DNA of 53,314 nt from a virus (taxonomy: Duplodnaviria; Caudoviricetes), in IMG/VR virus record IMGVR_UViG_3300033148_005268, positions 1-53,314 of that record, one strand, 5' to 3'. Below, piece after piece: positions 18,518 to 25,835 of the stretch (the stretch's first letter is position 1; each line of letters starts with the position of its first letter). The translations under genes were made by a program, and so were the position numbers. Below the pieces are notes generated by a model, which was not told the DNA's origin, searched no databases, and saw nothing but the letters and a program-made list of their open reading frames with translations.

Positions 18518-18602
18518 TGCGGGGGCCGGAGTCGAACCGGCCTAACCGGGCAAACACCATCATATACGTTTCTGGTGATCCCGAACCCCACCGGTTCCCG
18601 CA
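18518..18602 (-). ncRNA. tRNA-like structured element with T-arm
   Basis: TGCGGG/CCCGCA outer stem, AACCGG/CCGGTT inner stem, GCCGG-TTCGACT-CCGGC T-arm; no D-arm or CCA. Confidence 0.4.
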
Positions 18603-18811
18603 TCTTTTAATTTCCTAATACACACATCATCGTTAAATGCTTGGCCGATAATTGGCGTCCTCTTTTCTTCAAATTCGCATTTATCGAAGGGGCATACAAA
18701 AAAATGTCCGTATTTTCCAATTTCAACCGTTGCAAGGCTAAGTTTTTTGCAAACCTTGAAGCAATGTTTATCAATAAGGTCTATTTGAATCGGGTAGATG
18801 GCATAAATCAT
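18560..18811 (-). CDS. Hypothetical Cys-containing protein
   Basis: 83-aa ORF in operon. Confidence 0.45.
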   Translation of the reverse strand: MIYAIYPIQIDLIDKHCFKVCKKLSLATVEIGKYGHFFVCPFDKCEFEEKRTPIIGQAFNDDVCIRKLKDAGTGGVRDHQKRI

Positions 18812-18816
18812 TTGTT

Positions 18817-19023
18817 TTAGAATCCTTTTGTTGGTTGTCTGCTTCTAAACACAAGCTCCCCCGGTCCAACCATCACAAAATCCCCATGCGGAGCCTCCAT
18901 GATGACGACCGGGTATTCTGGGGTGTAAACATCAAGGTCGGCCGGCTCAAGGCCGGGGGCGAATAATAAGACAAGAGCGAAGATAATGAGAATAATAGCG
19001 GTTGAGATGAGTTGTGGTTTCAT
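18817..19023 (-). CDS. Small signal-anchored protein
   Basis: Hydrophobic N-terminus; ATGA coupling. Confidence 0.5.
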   Translation of the reverse strand: MKPQLISTAIILIIFALVLLFAPGLEPADLDVYTPEYPVVIMEAPHGDFVMVGPGELVFRSRQPTKGF

Positions 19024-19391
19024 TTCTTTCCGGCCTCTAGCATTTCTAGGATATCTTTCTTGATCTTGTCAAAGGCACTACTTGCCTTATCAACAGCTTT
19101 TTCTACGCTACCGTATGTCGTCTCCTTAGCGACTAGCATCGTGATAACCTCTTTACGCGACGGCGTAAGCATGGCAATCAAGGTGCTGATTGCAGCGACT
19201 GCAATAGAAACCCTCATAGCTCTGACGATTTTTCTGCGCTCGTCATTCTCAGGGTCTTCTATCCATAAAAAGCCCATCAATAGTGCACACGTGGTCCCAA
19301 AAATTGCAGCGAGTACAGTCGCGACTATTCCAAGACTGTCAAGCCTCCCCATCAGATAGATTAGCCATGGGCTTATTATTGGATCGTTCAT
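19020..19391 (-). CDS. Two-TM phage membrane protein
   Basis: MNDPIISPWLIYL...; two hydrophobic helices, then TPSRKEVITMLVA. Confidence 0.7.
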   Translation of the reverse strand: MNDPIISPWLIYLMGRLDSLGIVATVLAAIFGTTCALLMGFLWIEDPENDERRKIVRAMRVSIAVAAISTLIAMLTPSRKEVITMLVAKETTYGSVEKAVDKASSAFDKIKKDILEMLEAGKK

Positions 19392-19458
19392 TATTTCACC
19401 TCTCTCAGCTCCACCTTGACCTCGTCGCAACTTTTAAGACGGCGGTTCAGTAACAGTC

Positions 19459-19551
19459 TCATAATCCCCACCACAGCACCTCCACCCACAGCCAGCGGCA
19501 GAACCAGCCGAGGGCAAAGGCCAATATGAATACGATAACTAATTCAAGCAT
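19459..19551 (-). CDS. 30-aa Trp-rich membrane peptide
   Basis: AAGGAG RBS; my translation: MLELVIVFILAFALGWFCRWLWVEVLWWGL*. Confidence 0.45.
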   Translation of the reverse strand: MLELVIVFILAFALGWFCRWLWVEVLWWGL

Positions 19552-19574
19552 TTTAAACTCCTTATGGGTGAGAT

Positions 19575-19602
19575 GGGCGGCAGGATCCCCTTCCCGCCGC
19601 CC
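19575..19602 (-). other. GC-rich hairpin closing the RNA cassette
   Basis: GGGCGGCGGGA/TCCTGCCGCCC, 11 bp; no U-tract. Confidence 0.6.
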
Positions 19603-19606
19603 AAGC

Positions 19607-19681
19607 TGGAGCTGATTGCAGGAATCGAACCTGCTCACATAGGTCTTGCGACCTATTGCTCTACCGTTGAGCTAAATCAAC
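19607..19681 (-). tRNA. Atypical tRNA (75 nt, encoded CCA) with a 7-bp + GCAA tetraloop anticodon arm
   Basis: GTTGATT TA GCTC AACGGTA GAGC A ATAGGTC GCAA GACCTAT GTGA GCAGG TTCGATT CCTGC AATCAGC T CCA. Confidence 0.85.
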
Positions 19682-19688
19682 GGTGGGT

Positions 19689-19857
19689 GGCCATTCTCCT
19701 CTTTCGCTGATTGACTGGTTTCCCGCTAATGATTCCATGCTCTGGCCACTGAGCTACTGCGCCATTGTTTTTTTGGGGGCGCAGAGAGGATTCGAACCTC
19801 CGGCCTGGAAAGAGCTTTAGAACCAACCAACAGCTACTTAATAGAAGAATTTTCGCC
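19689..19857 (-). ncRNA. Circularly permuted tRNA mimic on a long stem (YrlA/Y-RNA-like)
   Basis: TTCCA GGCC GGAGG TTCGAAT CCTCT CTGCGCC C CCA AAAAAACAAT GGCGCAG TA GCTC AGTGGCCA GAGC A TGGAA; the flanking sequences pair into an extended helix. Confidence 0.8.
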
Positions 19858-19888
19858 TGAAGCTGTAGGCTCAAAAAGCTAACAACGT

Positions 19889-19918
19889 ACTATCGCTAAA
19901 ACTTAAACTGATGCTGAG
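19889..19918 (-). repeat. Five tandem hexamers NNNAGY
   Basis: CTCAGC ATCAGT TTAAGT TTTAGC GATAGT. Confidence 0.7.
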
Positions 19919-19926
19919 CCCAAACC

Positions 19927-20673
19927 TTAAGATGCGTTAATAAAATCGAACAACTCCTTCCCAATTGTTACATGCACGACTTCTGTAGCGTTTGCTTTCT
20001 GTCGTGCTTTTTTTGTGGCCCTGATTAACTTATCAAGTCTACCAAGAATCGTCGACTTCTCTGCTGGCGAAAGCATCCCGCACCACTGATTTTCGATGTA
20101 TTTCCCGACATTCTCCGTCTCTTCCCACTTCTCAATCTGTGCTGGATGCTCTTTTGTTGCTTCATACAGCACCTTGTGGCGGAAGGTACGAGCTGTTTTA
20201 AATTTTTCTTCAGGATGAACTCTCCTATAAACATGAGCCCCCTTACTTTCATCTGGCTCCCACTTGACTCCTGGTGGTAATGTTGGAATTACATCATATA
20301 CGGATCGAATCGTTTTCAGTTTGTTTTCCAACCCAAGAAGAAATGTCGCAGGGACATCCGATGCTAGCGTAACACCATCAACAACAAGGTCGGCCCTGGC
20401 CTCTTGGTTTGTTCGTTCTTTTTGGAGGACGGCATCGAGATATCGGATTATATGATCCGCCTGATATTCAAGCTTTTCTTGTACGGTTGTTTGAAGTTCC
20501 TGATATTCATCGGGAGCTTTTGGAGCATTTTCGTCAAACATTTCAAGCGTTTTATGACGCCCGAAAAAATGAGCTGGCCTTTTTTGGAATGTGGTTTTTG
20601 TTTCTTCTAGGGCCTTTCGGTAAGCGCTCTCAATATTTCCTTCTACGGCCAATAGTTCATGAAGCTTAGACAT
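19927..20673 (-). CDS. Uncharacterised 248-aa protein heading the RNA cassette
   Basis: MSKLHELLAVE...VPATFLLGLENKL...YEATKEHPAQIE...; AAGGAGG RBS; helical/coiled-coil character with a beta-rich insert. Confidence 0.85.
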   Translation of the reverse strand: MSKLHELLAVEGNIESAYRKALEETKTTFQKRPAHFFGRHKTLEMFDENAPKAPDEYQELQTTVQEKLEYQADHIIRYLDAVLQKERTNQEARADLVVDGVTLASDVPATFLLGLENKLKTIRSVYDVIPTLPPGVKWEPDESKGAHVYRRVHPEEKFKTARTFRHKVLYEATKEHPAQIEKWEETENVGKYIENQWCGMLSPAEKSTILGRLDKLIRATKKARQKANATEVVHVTIGKELFDFINAS

Positions 20674-20974
20674 AACGCTAATACCCTCCTTTCTATTGAT
20701 TTTGTGTTTTGGGCGCAGGCACCATACCGCCATAGATGCCGGGGAGATTGTCTGGTTGGCGGCCCCGTTTACGCCCGCTCTCCTTTTTCACTGCGTTTAC
20801 GTTAGCGTTTCGGCACCACCCCCTTCGTTTGATCAAAACCAGGGTTGAATCAAGCTATCACTTGACAATTTTTGTAGCCGAAACCCTGATTTTCTTATCG
20901 CAATCTGGCAATCGGAGGCGCCCCAGTGCTGAACCGTGGGCGATCGCAGTTAGCCGCGAATTGCGATGGTACGC

Positions 20975-21003
20975 ACGTTAGCGGATTATCAAATGCTTGT
21001 CAA
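20975..21003 (-). promoter_or_regulatory. Leftward sigma70-type promoter (early operon)
   Basis: TTGACA-17 nt-TAACGT on the minus strand. Confidence 0.5.
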
Positions 21004-21039
21004 GAGGTTTTTTTGACTTGGCTGTGAAAAAAGCTTCGG

Positions 21040-21068
21040 TTGACAATGTTTTGTCCGTTTTGTATCAT
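21040..21068 (+). promoter_or_regulatory. Rightward sigma70-type promoter, probably giving a near-leaderless mRNA
   Basis: TTGACA-17 nt-TATCAT; ATG at 21078 with no RBS. Confidence 0.65.
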
Positions 21069-21077
21069 GCCCGCATT

Positions 21078-21272
21078 ATGTTTACGAAACCGTATCTCAA
21101 AGACTGGATGAGACGAAACCGCCAGGTCAAGCTTCACCACCTTGCTAAAGCCGCAGGGGTTGGCACCTGGTCCCTGTGGCGCTTCCTGAATCAAAAGGAC
21201 GCTACCATTACCCTAAAGACCGCCGAAAGGGTTGAAAAGGCGATGCAGCTGCTGGAAGAAAATGTCCGCTAA
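21078..21272 (+). CDS. Cro-like HTH regulator
   Basis: LHHLAKAAGVGTWSLWRFLN HTH; first gene of the rightward operon. Confidence 0.7.
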   Translation: MFTKPYLKDWMRRNRQVKLHHLAKAAGVGTWSLWRFLNQKDATITLKTAERVEKAMQLLEENVR

Positions 21273-21654
21273 ACGGATCACGCAAACCATTAACTCCAGA
21301 TGGCTGGCTCGGGCTCGGAAGCTTGGCTTTAAATCTGAGCTGGAGCTATGGGAGACCGTGCACTGGACCATAACCGCCTCAGAGCTTGCGGCGATGATGG
21401 GGGTTACGGATCAGACAGTCCGTAACCGTATGAAACGCCACGGCCTGCGCGCTGTATACGACAGGCGTAAAGGTGTTAAAAACGTCTGTGTCGCGCGAAA
21501 TAGGCTAAGGGCCTCAAGGCGTAGGACGAAAAAGGTAACACACTGCGTTAAGTGTGGGAAAAAGCTGTCCATGTACCAGGTCAAAAACATCTGCTGGGCG
21601 TGTCAGGGCACAGGCTTTGTTGGAGGCGATAATCCGAAGTGCTCGCCGATGTAA
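21262..21654 (+). CDS. HTH + Zn-ribbon protein
   Basis: TASELAAMMGVTDQTVRNRMKRHGL; CVKC...CWAC. Confidence 0.65.
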   Translation: MSAKRITQTINSRWLARARKLGFKSELELWETVHWTITASELAAMMGVTDQTVRNRMKRHGLRAVYDRRKGVKNVCVARNRLRASRRRTKKVTHCVKCGKKLSMYQVKNICWACQGTGFVGGDNPKCSPM

Positions 21655-21759
21655 TGGGCGGTGAGACCGATACAGATGCGGCCAATGGCGTTATTCCATC
21701 GGTTTGACAAGTTGGCCGGGATTAGTCTGTACGGCACGCCCATCAGCAAAGAATTTTTG

Positions 21760-21787
21760 TTGACACGGATGGATTTTAAAATAAAAT
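21760..21787 (+). promoter_or_regulatory. Possible sigma70 promoter for replication genes
   Basis: TTGACA-16 nt-TAAAAT. Confidence 0.45.
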
Positions 21788-21831
21788 GCTGGACATGACA
21801 AAACAGTTGTATGTTGAAAAGTTTAAAGATG

Positions 21832-21913
21832 CAAAAAGCTCTTGGAATCCGAGTTTCGTAAGGGCTCGGGGGGATGCAACTGCCCTTGTCGTTCCAAGAG
21901 CTTTTTGTGTTTT
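21832..21913 (+). promoter_or_regulatory. Structured leader / attenuator before the replication initiator
   Basis: 16-bp perfect inverted repeat CAAAAAGCTCTTGGAA/TTCCAAGAGCTTTTTG enclosing a GTAA-capped hairpin, followed by a U-rich tract. Confidence 0.55.
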
Positions 21914-21927
21914 TAAGAGGACTGAAA

Positions 21928-22680
21928 ATGGGAAAGTGTCCAGCATTTCAGTTTTATCCTGGTGACTGGAGGCGCGATACCCAGGTGCAAATGGCGTCAA
22001 TGGAAACTCGCGGGGTATGGATCGAGATGTTGTGCTGTATGTGGGACGCCCTGGAAAGAGGAAAATTGACTGGAACGATAGATCAACTTGTCAGGCTTTT
22101 AAGGTGCTCCGAGAACGAGTTGGTGAGAAGCTTAAAAGAGATCGAAGCGTTACAAATCGGAGATGTAACGCTTTGTAACAATCAAGTAACGGTAATAAAT
22201 CGGCGCATGTATCGAGAGAACCAAAGACTCCTAAAGATCCGAGAACAAACAAGAAAACGGGTTCAAAAATATCGTAACGCTAAAAAACAAATGGCATGTA
22301 ACGCTAAAATTACGCTCCCTTCTTCATCTTCTATTTCTTATTCAAAGAATAACCCCCCTATATCCCCCCTTAAAAAATCAAAAAAGCCAGCCAGAGAAAA
22401 AGGCTACGTTTGCGCTTTTTGCAAAAGCGCGGGCTTTGATATTTTTTACAAAGCCTATCCGCGAAAAAGAGGAAAAGCAGCAGCACGTAAATCGTGGGAT
22501 AAGATCAAATTAACGCCAGAACTCTACATCAAAATTATTGACGCCTTAAAAATACAAACAGCATCACGTGATTGGAAAAAAGATAATGGCCAATTTATTC
22601 CATATCCTGCGACTTGGCTTAATCAACAACGCTGGGAAGATGAGGTGAAGGAGCACTATGAATCCAAATACGTTGCTTAA
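21928..22680 (+). CDS. Phage replication initiator (YdaU/DUF1376-like N-terminus, replisome-organiser C-terminus)
   Basis: PAFQFYPGDW...RGVWIEMLCCMW; FDIFYKAYPRKRGK...FIPYPATWLNQQRWEDE. Confidence 0.8.
   Translation: MGKCPAFQFYPGDWRRDTQVQMASMETRGVWIEMLCCMWDALERGKLTGTIDQLVRLLRCSENELVRSLKEIEALQIGDVTLCNNQVTVINRRMYRENQRLLKIREQTRKRVQKYRNAKKQMACNAKITLPSSSSISYSKNNPPISPLKKSKKPAREKGYVCAFCKSAGFDIFYKAYPRKRGKAAARKSWDKIKLTPELYIKIIDALKIQTASRDWKKDNGQFIPYPATWLNQQRWEDEVKEHYESKYVA
22163..22315 (+). repeat. Iteron-like GTAAC(G) repeats, probable origin
   Basis: tgtaacgct, tgtaaca, gtaacgg, gtaacgctaaaa (x2) inside the initiator gene. Confidence 0.5.
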
Positions 22681-22912
22681 GCGTAGACGTTTAGGGCTTC
22701 CAACACTTGAGGAGCTTGATATGATGGCAATTGATGAGATGGTAGAGTTACAAGAGATCTTAGCGCGTCAGATAGCAGCGCTGTATCGTATTGTGAATGG
22801 TAACTTTTCCAAAGAGACCAAAAAAATGGCTAGAAATCTTCTTGAGGTTAAAAATTCTGAATATTGGAATGTTGATCGTGAAATTGATGAGAAAATCTCA
22901 GAAACCTCTTGA
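22658..22912 (+). CDS. Hypothetical replication-module protein
   Basis: 84 aa, GAGGAG RBS, overlaps both neighbours. Confidence 0.6.
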   Translation: MNPNTLLKRRRLGLPTLEELDMMAIDEMVELQEILARQIAALYRIVNGNFSKETKKMARNLLEVKNSEYWNVDREIDEKISETS

Positions 22913-23660
22913 TGAATATGATGGCGCTGATCAAATCGTAACATCACAGTTTTTGCGTCATAAGTTCCAGCGGATGCCGCCAGAGTTAAAGGTTTCCTTC
23001 CGTTCGGCTTTTTTCCCGAGTATCGTCGAGGCCTGTGATGGGTTCAGAGAAGGCGAGATGATTGTTATAAGCGGTCCGACGAAGAGTGGGAAAACCTTAT
23101 TGTCTCAGTCACTTACATACGCTTTCGCTCAATCAAACATTGAATGCCTTTGGTTTTCATACGAGATGCCGGCACGCCAGTTTATTGAAAGTTTCCCAGA
23201 GGATATGTTTCCTAAGTTCTTTTTGCCACAAGAGATCCACGCGCAAAATATCGACTGGTTTGAAGAGCGCACGCTTGAGGCATGGCAAAAATACAACTGC
23301 CGGGTTGTGTTTGTTGACCATTTGCATTTTCTGTTTGATATGGCGAAGATACGAAGCCCGTCCCTTGACATTGGAGCTTATGTGCGTCGAATTAAACGTT
23401 TTGCAGTCAAAAACAAGCTGATCGTGTTTCTATTAACCCACATAACCAAGATAAGCCCGGATGAAAAGCTTTCATACTCAAAGATTCGCGATTCATCTTT
23501 TGTGCCACAGGAGGCCGACAGCGTGTTCATGATCCGCAGAGAAAAACACAAAAATCATGCAGAGTTAAGCATTGAGTTTCACCGCCGAACCGGGGTTATT
23601 TGTAAGACAATACCGCTGGTTAAGCGCGGCGGGTATCTTTGGGAGGAGGTACCGTTTTGA
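22887..23660 (+). CDS. DnaB-like (SF4) helicase ATPase domain
   Basis: GFREGEMIVISGPTKSGKT, FSYEM, VVFVDHLH, IRDSS..QEADSV. Confidence 0.85.
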   Translation: MRKSQKPLDEYDGADQIVTSQFLRHKFQRMPPELKVSFRSAFFPSIVEACDGFREGEMIVISGPTKSGKTLLSQSLTYAFAQSNIECLWFSYEMPARQFIESFPEDMFPKFFLPQEIHAQNIDWFEERTLEAWQKYNCRVVFVDHLHFLFDMAKIRSPSLDIGAYVRRIKRFAVKNKLIVFLLTHITKISPDEKLSYSKIRDSSFVPQEADSVFMIRREKHKNHAELSIEFHRRTGVICKTIPLVKRGGYLWEEVPF

Positions 23661-23807
23661 TAATTACATGTACATGTAAGCATGACAAGAGAGTCCATAA
23701 TCCGCCTAAGAAAAAGCAAGGATACCCGCAAGAATATCGTTGCACTGTTTGCCTTGCGATTCGCAGGGCGCCTGTAGTCAGAAAAGAAGAAGCATGAGGA
23801 GGGCATT

Positions 23808-24008
23808 ATGCTAAACCGAAACATCACCAACAGACTTGAGATTGTCCAGAACCACGAGGACCGCTGGATCTGGCGCGTAGTAGCGACTAAAGGCCGGCAA
23901 GGCAAGAGCTGGATCCGCATGATGGGGAACCCGGAAGGGCATCCGACAAAAGACGCTGCGAAGGGTGCGTTTCAGAGAAGACCAAGGGGGTTGGAGATTC
24001 AAGAATGA
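23808..24008 (+). CDS. Hypothetical protein
   Basis: GAGGAGG RBS, ATGA coupling. Confidence 0.5.
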   Translation: MLNRNITNRLEIVQNHEDRWIWRVVATKGRQGKSWIRMMGNPEGHPTKDAAKGAFQRRPRGLEIQE

Positions 24009-24430
24009 GCCTCTCTCCAACACAACGCACCATCAGGGCCCTAAAAAACCAAGGTGTAATCTGTGCCGTTGTGGAAAAGTGGAACCCGCATGTCGGGCCC
24101 CATGGCATAAGACAGGACCTTTTCGGCATTATTGACGTGCTGGCCCTGGATCCGGAAAGCGGGGTCCGGGGTATCCAGTGCTGTGCAGGATCCGGCTTTA
24201 CAAAACACTGGACCAAATTAACCGTGGATAACGCGCAAGCAAGCTATGACTGGCTATCAACCCCAGGAACTAGCCTTGAAATTTGGGCATGGCGCAAACT
24301 GAAAGTGAAGCGAGGCGGGAAGGCTATGGTGTGGCAGCCAAGGATTAAGGCTGTAACGCTGAGTGACTTTGGAGATGTTATAAATATGGCCGTGAACGCG
24401 CCCAATTTGGCGCAGGATCGCATAAAATAG
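24005..24430 (+). CDS. PD-(D/E)XK nuclease-like protein (resolvase-like)
   Basis: RQDLFGIIDVLAL...RGIQCC; EIWAWRK. Confidence 0.6.
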   Translation: MSLSPTQRTIRALKNQGVICAVVEKWNPHVGPHGIRQDLFGIIDVLALDPESGVRGIQCCAGSGFTKHWTKLTVDNAQASYDWLSTPGTSLEIWAWRKLKVKRGGKAMVWQPRIKAVTLSDFGDVINMAVNAPNLAQDRIK

Positions 24431-24798
24431 AAAATTAATATGAGTTATAGGGTGAAGCATGGTGGACGACCTGAGAGAAGATGCGCTCTATGAATAATCT
24501 TGGCGCTGGCTTCTGTGCACATCAAGATCACCTTACAAGCCTAATTACCGGGAACAGCAGAGCGCAACACCCCCCGGCCTCTGGCTTCATCACACCACTA
24601 CACAGAGGCCGCGCCACCAGAGGCCGGGGATACAACAATGAATGTCCCGCCAGCCCCAAAACAACGCTCCTGGCCCTGGGGCCGAGCGATCAACCAAAGT
24701 CAATTTAAAAGGTAAAGAAAGGTCGCAAAATAAATACCGGACCGACATATCAAGCATGTTCGATGGGTGAGAACATCAAGGGGTTGGCGGGATTACAC

Positions 24799-24824
24799 AA
24801 AAAAAGGCCGCTCTAAGGCGGCCT
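24799..24824 (-). terminator. Rho-independent terminator of the leftward accessory operon
   Basis: AGGCCGC-loop-GCGGCCT followed by a U-tract. Confidence 0.7.
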
Positions 24825-24843
24825 GGGCTTGATGTTTACCGTT

Positions 24844-25029
24844 TTATTTCTTCGTAATTATCGCCTTAATATCCCCCCACGGCAGCCCGGCGCACTTACT
24901 ACATACCGGCAAGTGCCAGGGCTCATGTATCCGCCATAGCTTGGCCTGATTCTTGCGACAAATCAGGCACTTAAAGTCCCTTGGTTTTTCCCCCTCCCAG
25001 GTCAAGGGCTCAATCCTGTCCTTTTTCAC
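24844..25029 (-). CDS. Small Zn-finger protein
   Basis: CLIC...CSKC. Confidence 0.55.
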   Translation of the reverse strand: MKKDRIEPLTWEGEKPRDFKCLICRKNQAKLWRIHEPWHLPVCSKCAGLPWGDIKAIITKK

Positions 25030-25337
25030 TATTTACCCCCTTCCTTTTCCCTCCACTCGCGCTCCAGGTCCTCAAACACCCGCACCGCGATCTTTGGCAG
25101 TGCCGTGCCGGGCGTCGGGTTGCTCCCGTGCCAGTACGGCAGCGTGGGAATCCCGATCTGCCTCGCCACTTTACTAGCAAGGCAACCCGGACTCTGCCGC
25201 CACCTGGCCCGGTACGCCCAGACCGTGTTAGCGTTATTCCCACCACGCGGTCCGCGGGTGGGGAGCTTTTCCATGTCCGGCCAGCAGGGATATAGCCGGC
25301 CCCTTGCCTGTTCCGCGAAAAACTGTGTTTTGTTCAT
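25029..25337 (-). CDS. Hypothetical protein
   Basis: AGGAGG RBS, 102 aa. Confidence 0.55.
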   Translation of the reverse strand: MNKTQFFAEQARGRLYPCWPDMEKLPTRGPRGGNNANTVWAYRARWRQSPGCLASKVARQIGIPTLPYWHGSNPTPGTALPKIAVRVFEDLEREWREKEGGK

Positions 25338-25387
25338 GGCTTACCTCCTAAACAAAAGGCGCAGGAGATTTCTCCCCTGCGCCTCAT

Positions 25388-25819
25388 CTAGATGTCATCA
25401 ATCGAGACCCGCCGACGCCAGCCTACCGGAGCAACGGCATAGGTGTAGCCGGTGCCGCCGCCGTTACTAGATGCGTGGCGGTAATAGGCGAAATCCTCAT
25501 CCGGCAGCAGCGTGATGTTTTGCCGCCGGTGCCAATCATGCTGTAACAGCATGTGTGGCCCATCCTGCCGGACTCGGAAGCAATCAGTGCCCTTGCGCGA
25601 CTTGAAATACTCGCCGCGCAGCGCACGGATACTCCCTCCGCGCTCCTCGAGATTTAGCTCCTCCGGTCGGAGCTCTTGCCACCCCGCGGCATAGATGCTG
25701 GCCTCGCCGCTATCGTCCGCGGGGAGCTCCCGAAAGAGGAGAGTCAGATTGGGCCGGTACTTCCCGTACCAGTTGTACAGGAAGCCCGCGCCTCCTGCTA
25801 ACTCAATGAAATTACTCAT
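25388..25819 (-). CDS. Hypothetical phage protein
   Basis: MSNFIEL... with GGAGG RBS; YFKSRKGTDCF, YRHASSNGGGTG. Confidence 0.6.
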   Translation of the reverse strand: MSNFIELAGGAGFLYNWYGKYRPNLTLLFRELPADDSGEASIYAAGWQELRPEELNLEERGGSIRALRGEYFKSRKGTDCFRVRQDGPHMLLQHDWHRRQNITLLPDEDFAYYRHASSNGGGTGYTYAVAPVGWRRRVSIDDI

Positions 25820-25835
25820 ACTCTCACCTCCCCTT

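Noticed and set aside
19575-19602. Rho-independent terminator
   Set aside because: No U-tract on either strand; kept only as a hairpin
19733-19810. attP site made of a host tRNA fragment
   Set aside because: Both halves are present and mutually complementary in permuted order, and no integrase was recognised
19689-19857. Two-piece (permuted) tmRNA
   Set aside because: It has a full D-stem, C3-G70 rather than G3-U70, C73, and no tag ORF or pseudoknot after the 5' half
19677-19874. 65-aa ORF in the track
   Set aside because: It coincides with the structured RNA, has no RBS and gives an implausible protein
20705-20820. Riboswitch in the leader of the 248-aa gene (GGTGCCG/CGGCATC stem, GTAAACG twice)
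   Set aside because: Some pairing potential, but no match to a riboswitch consensus I can support
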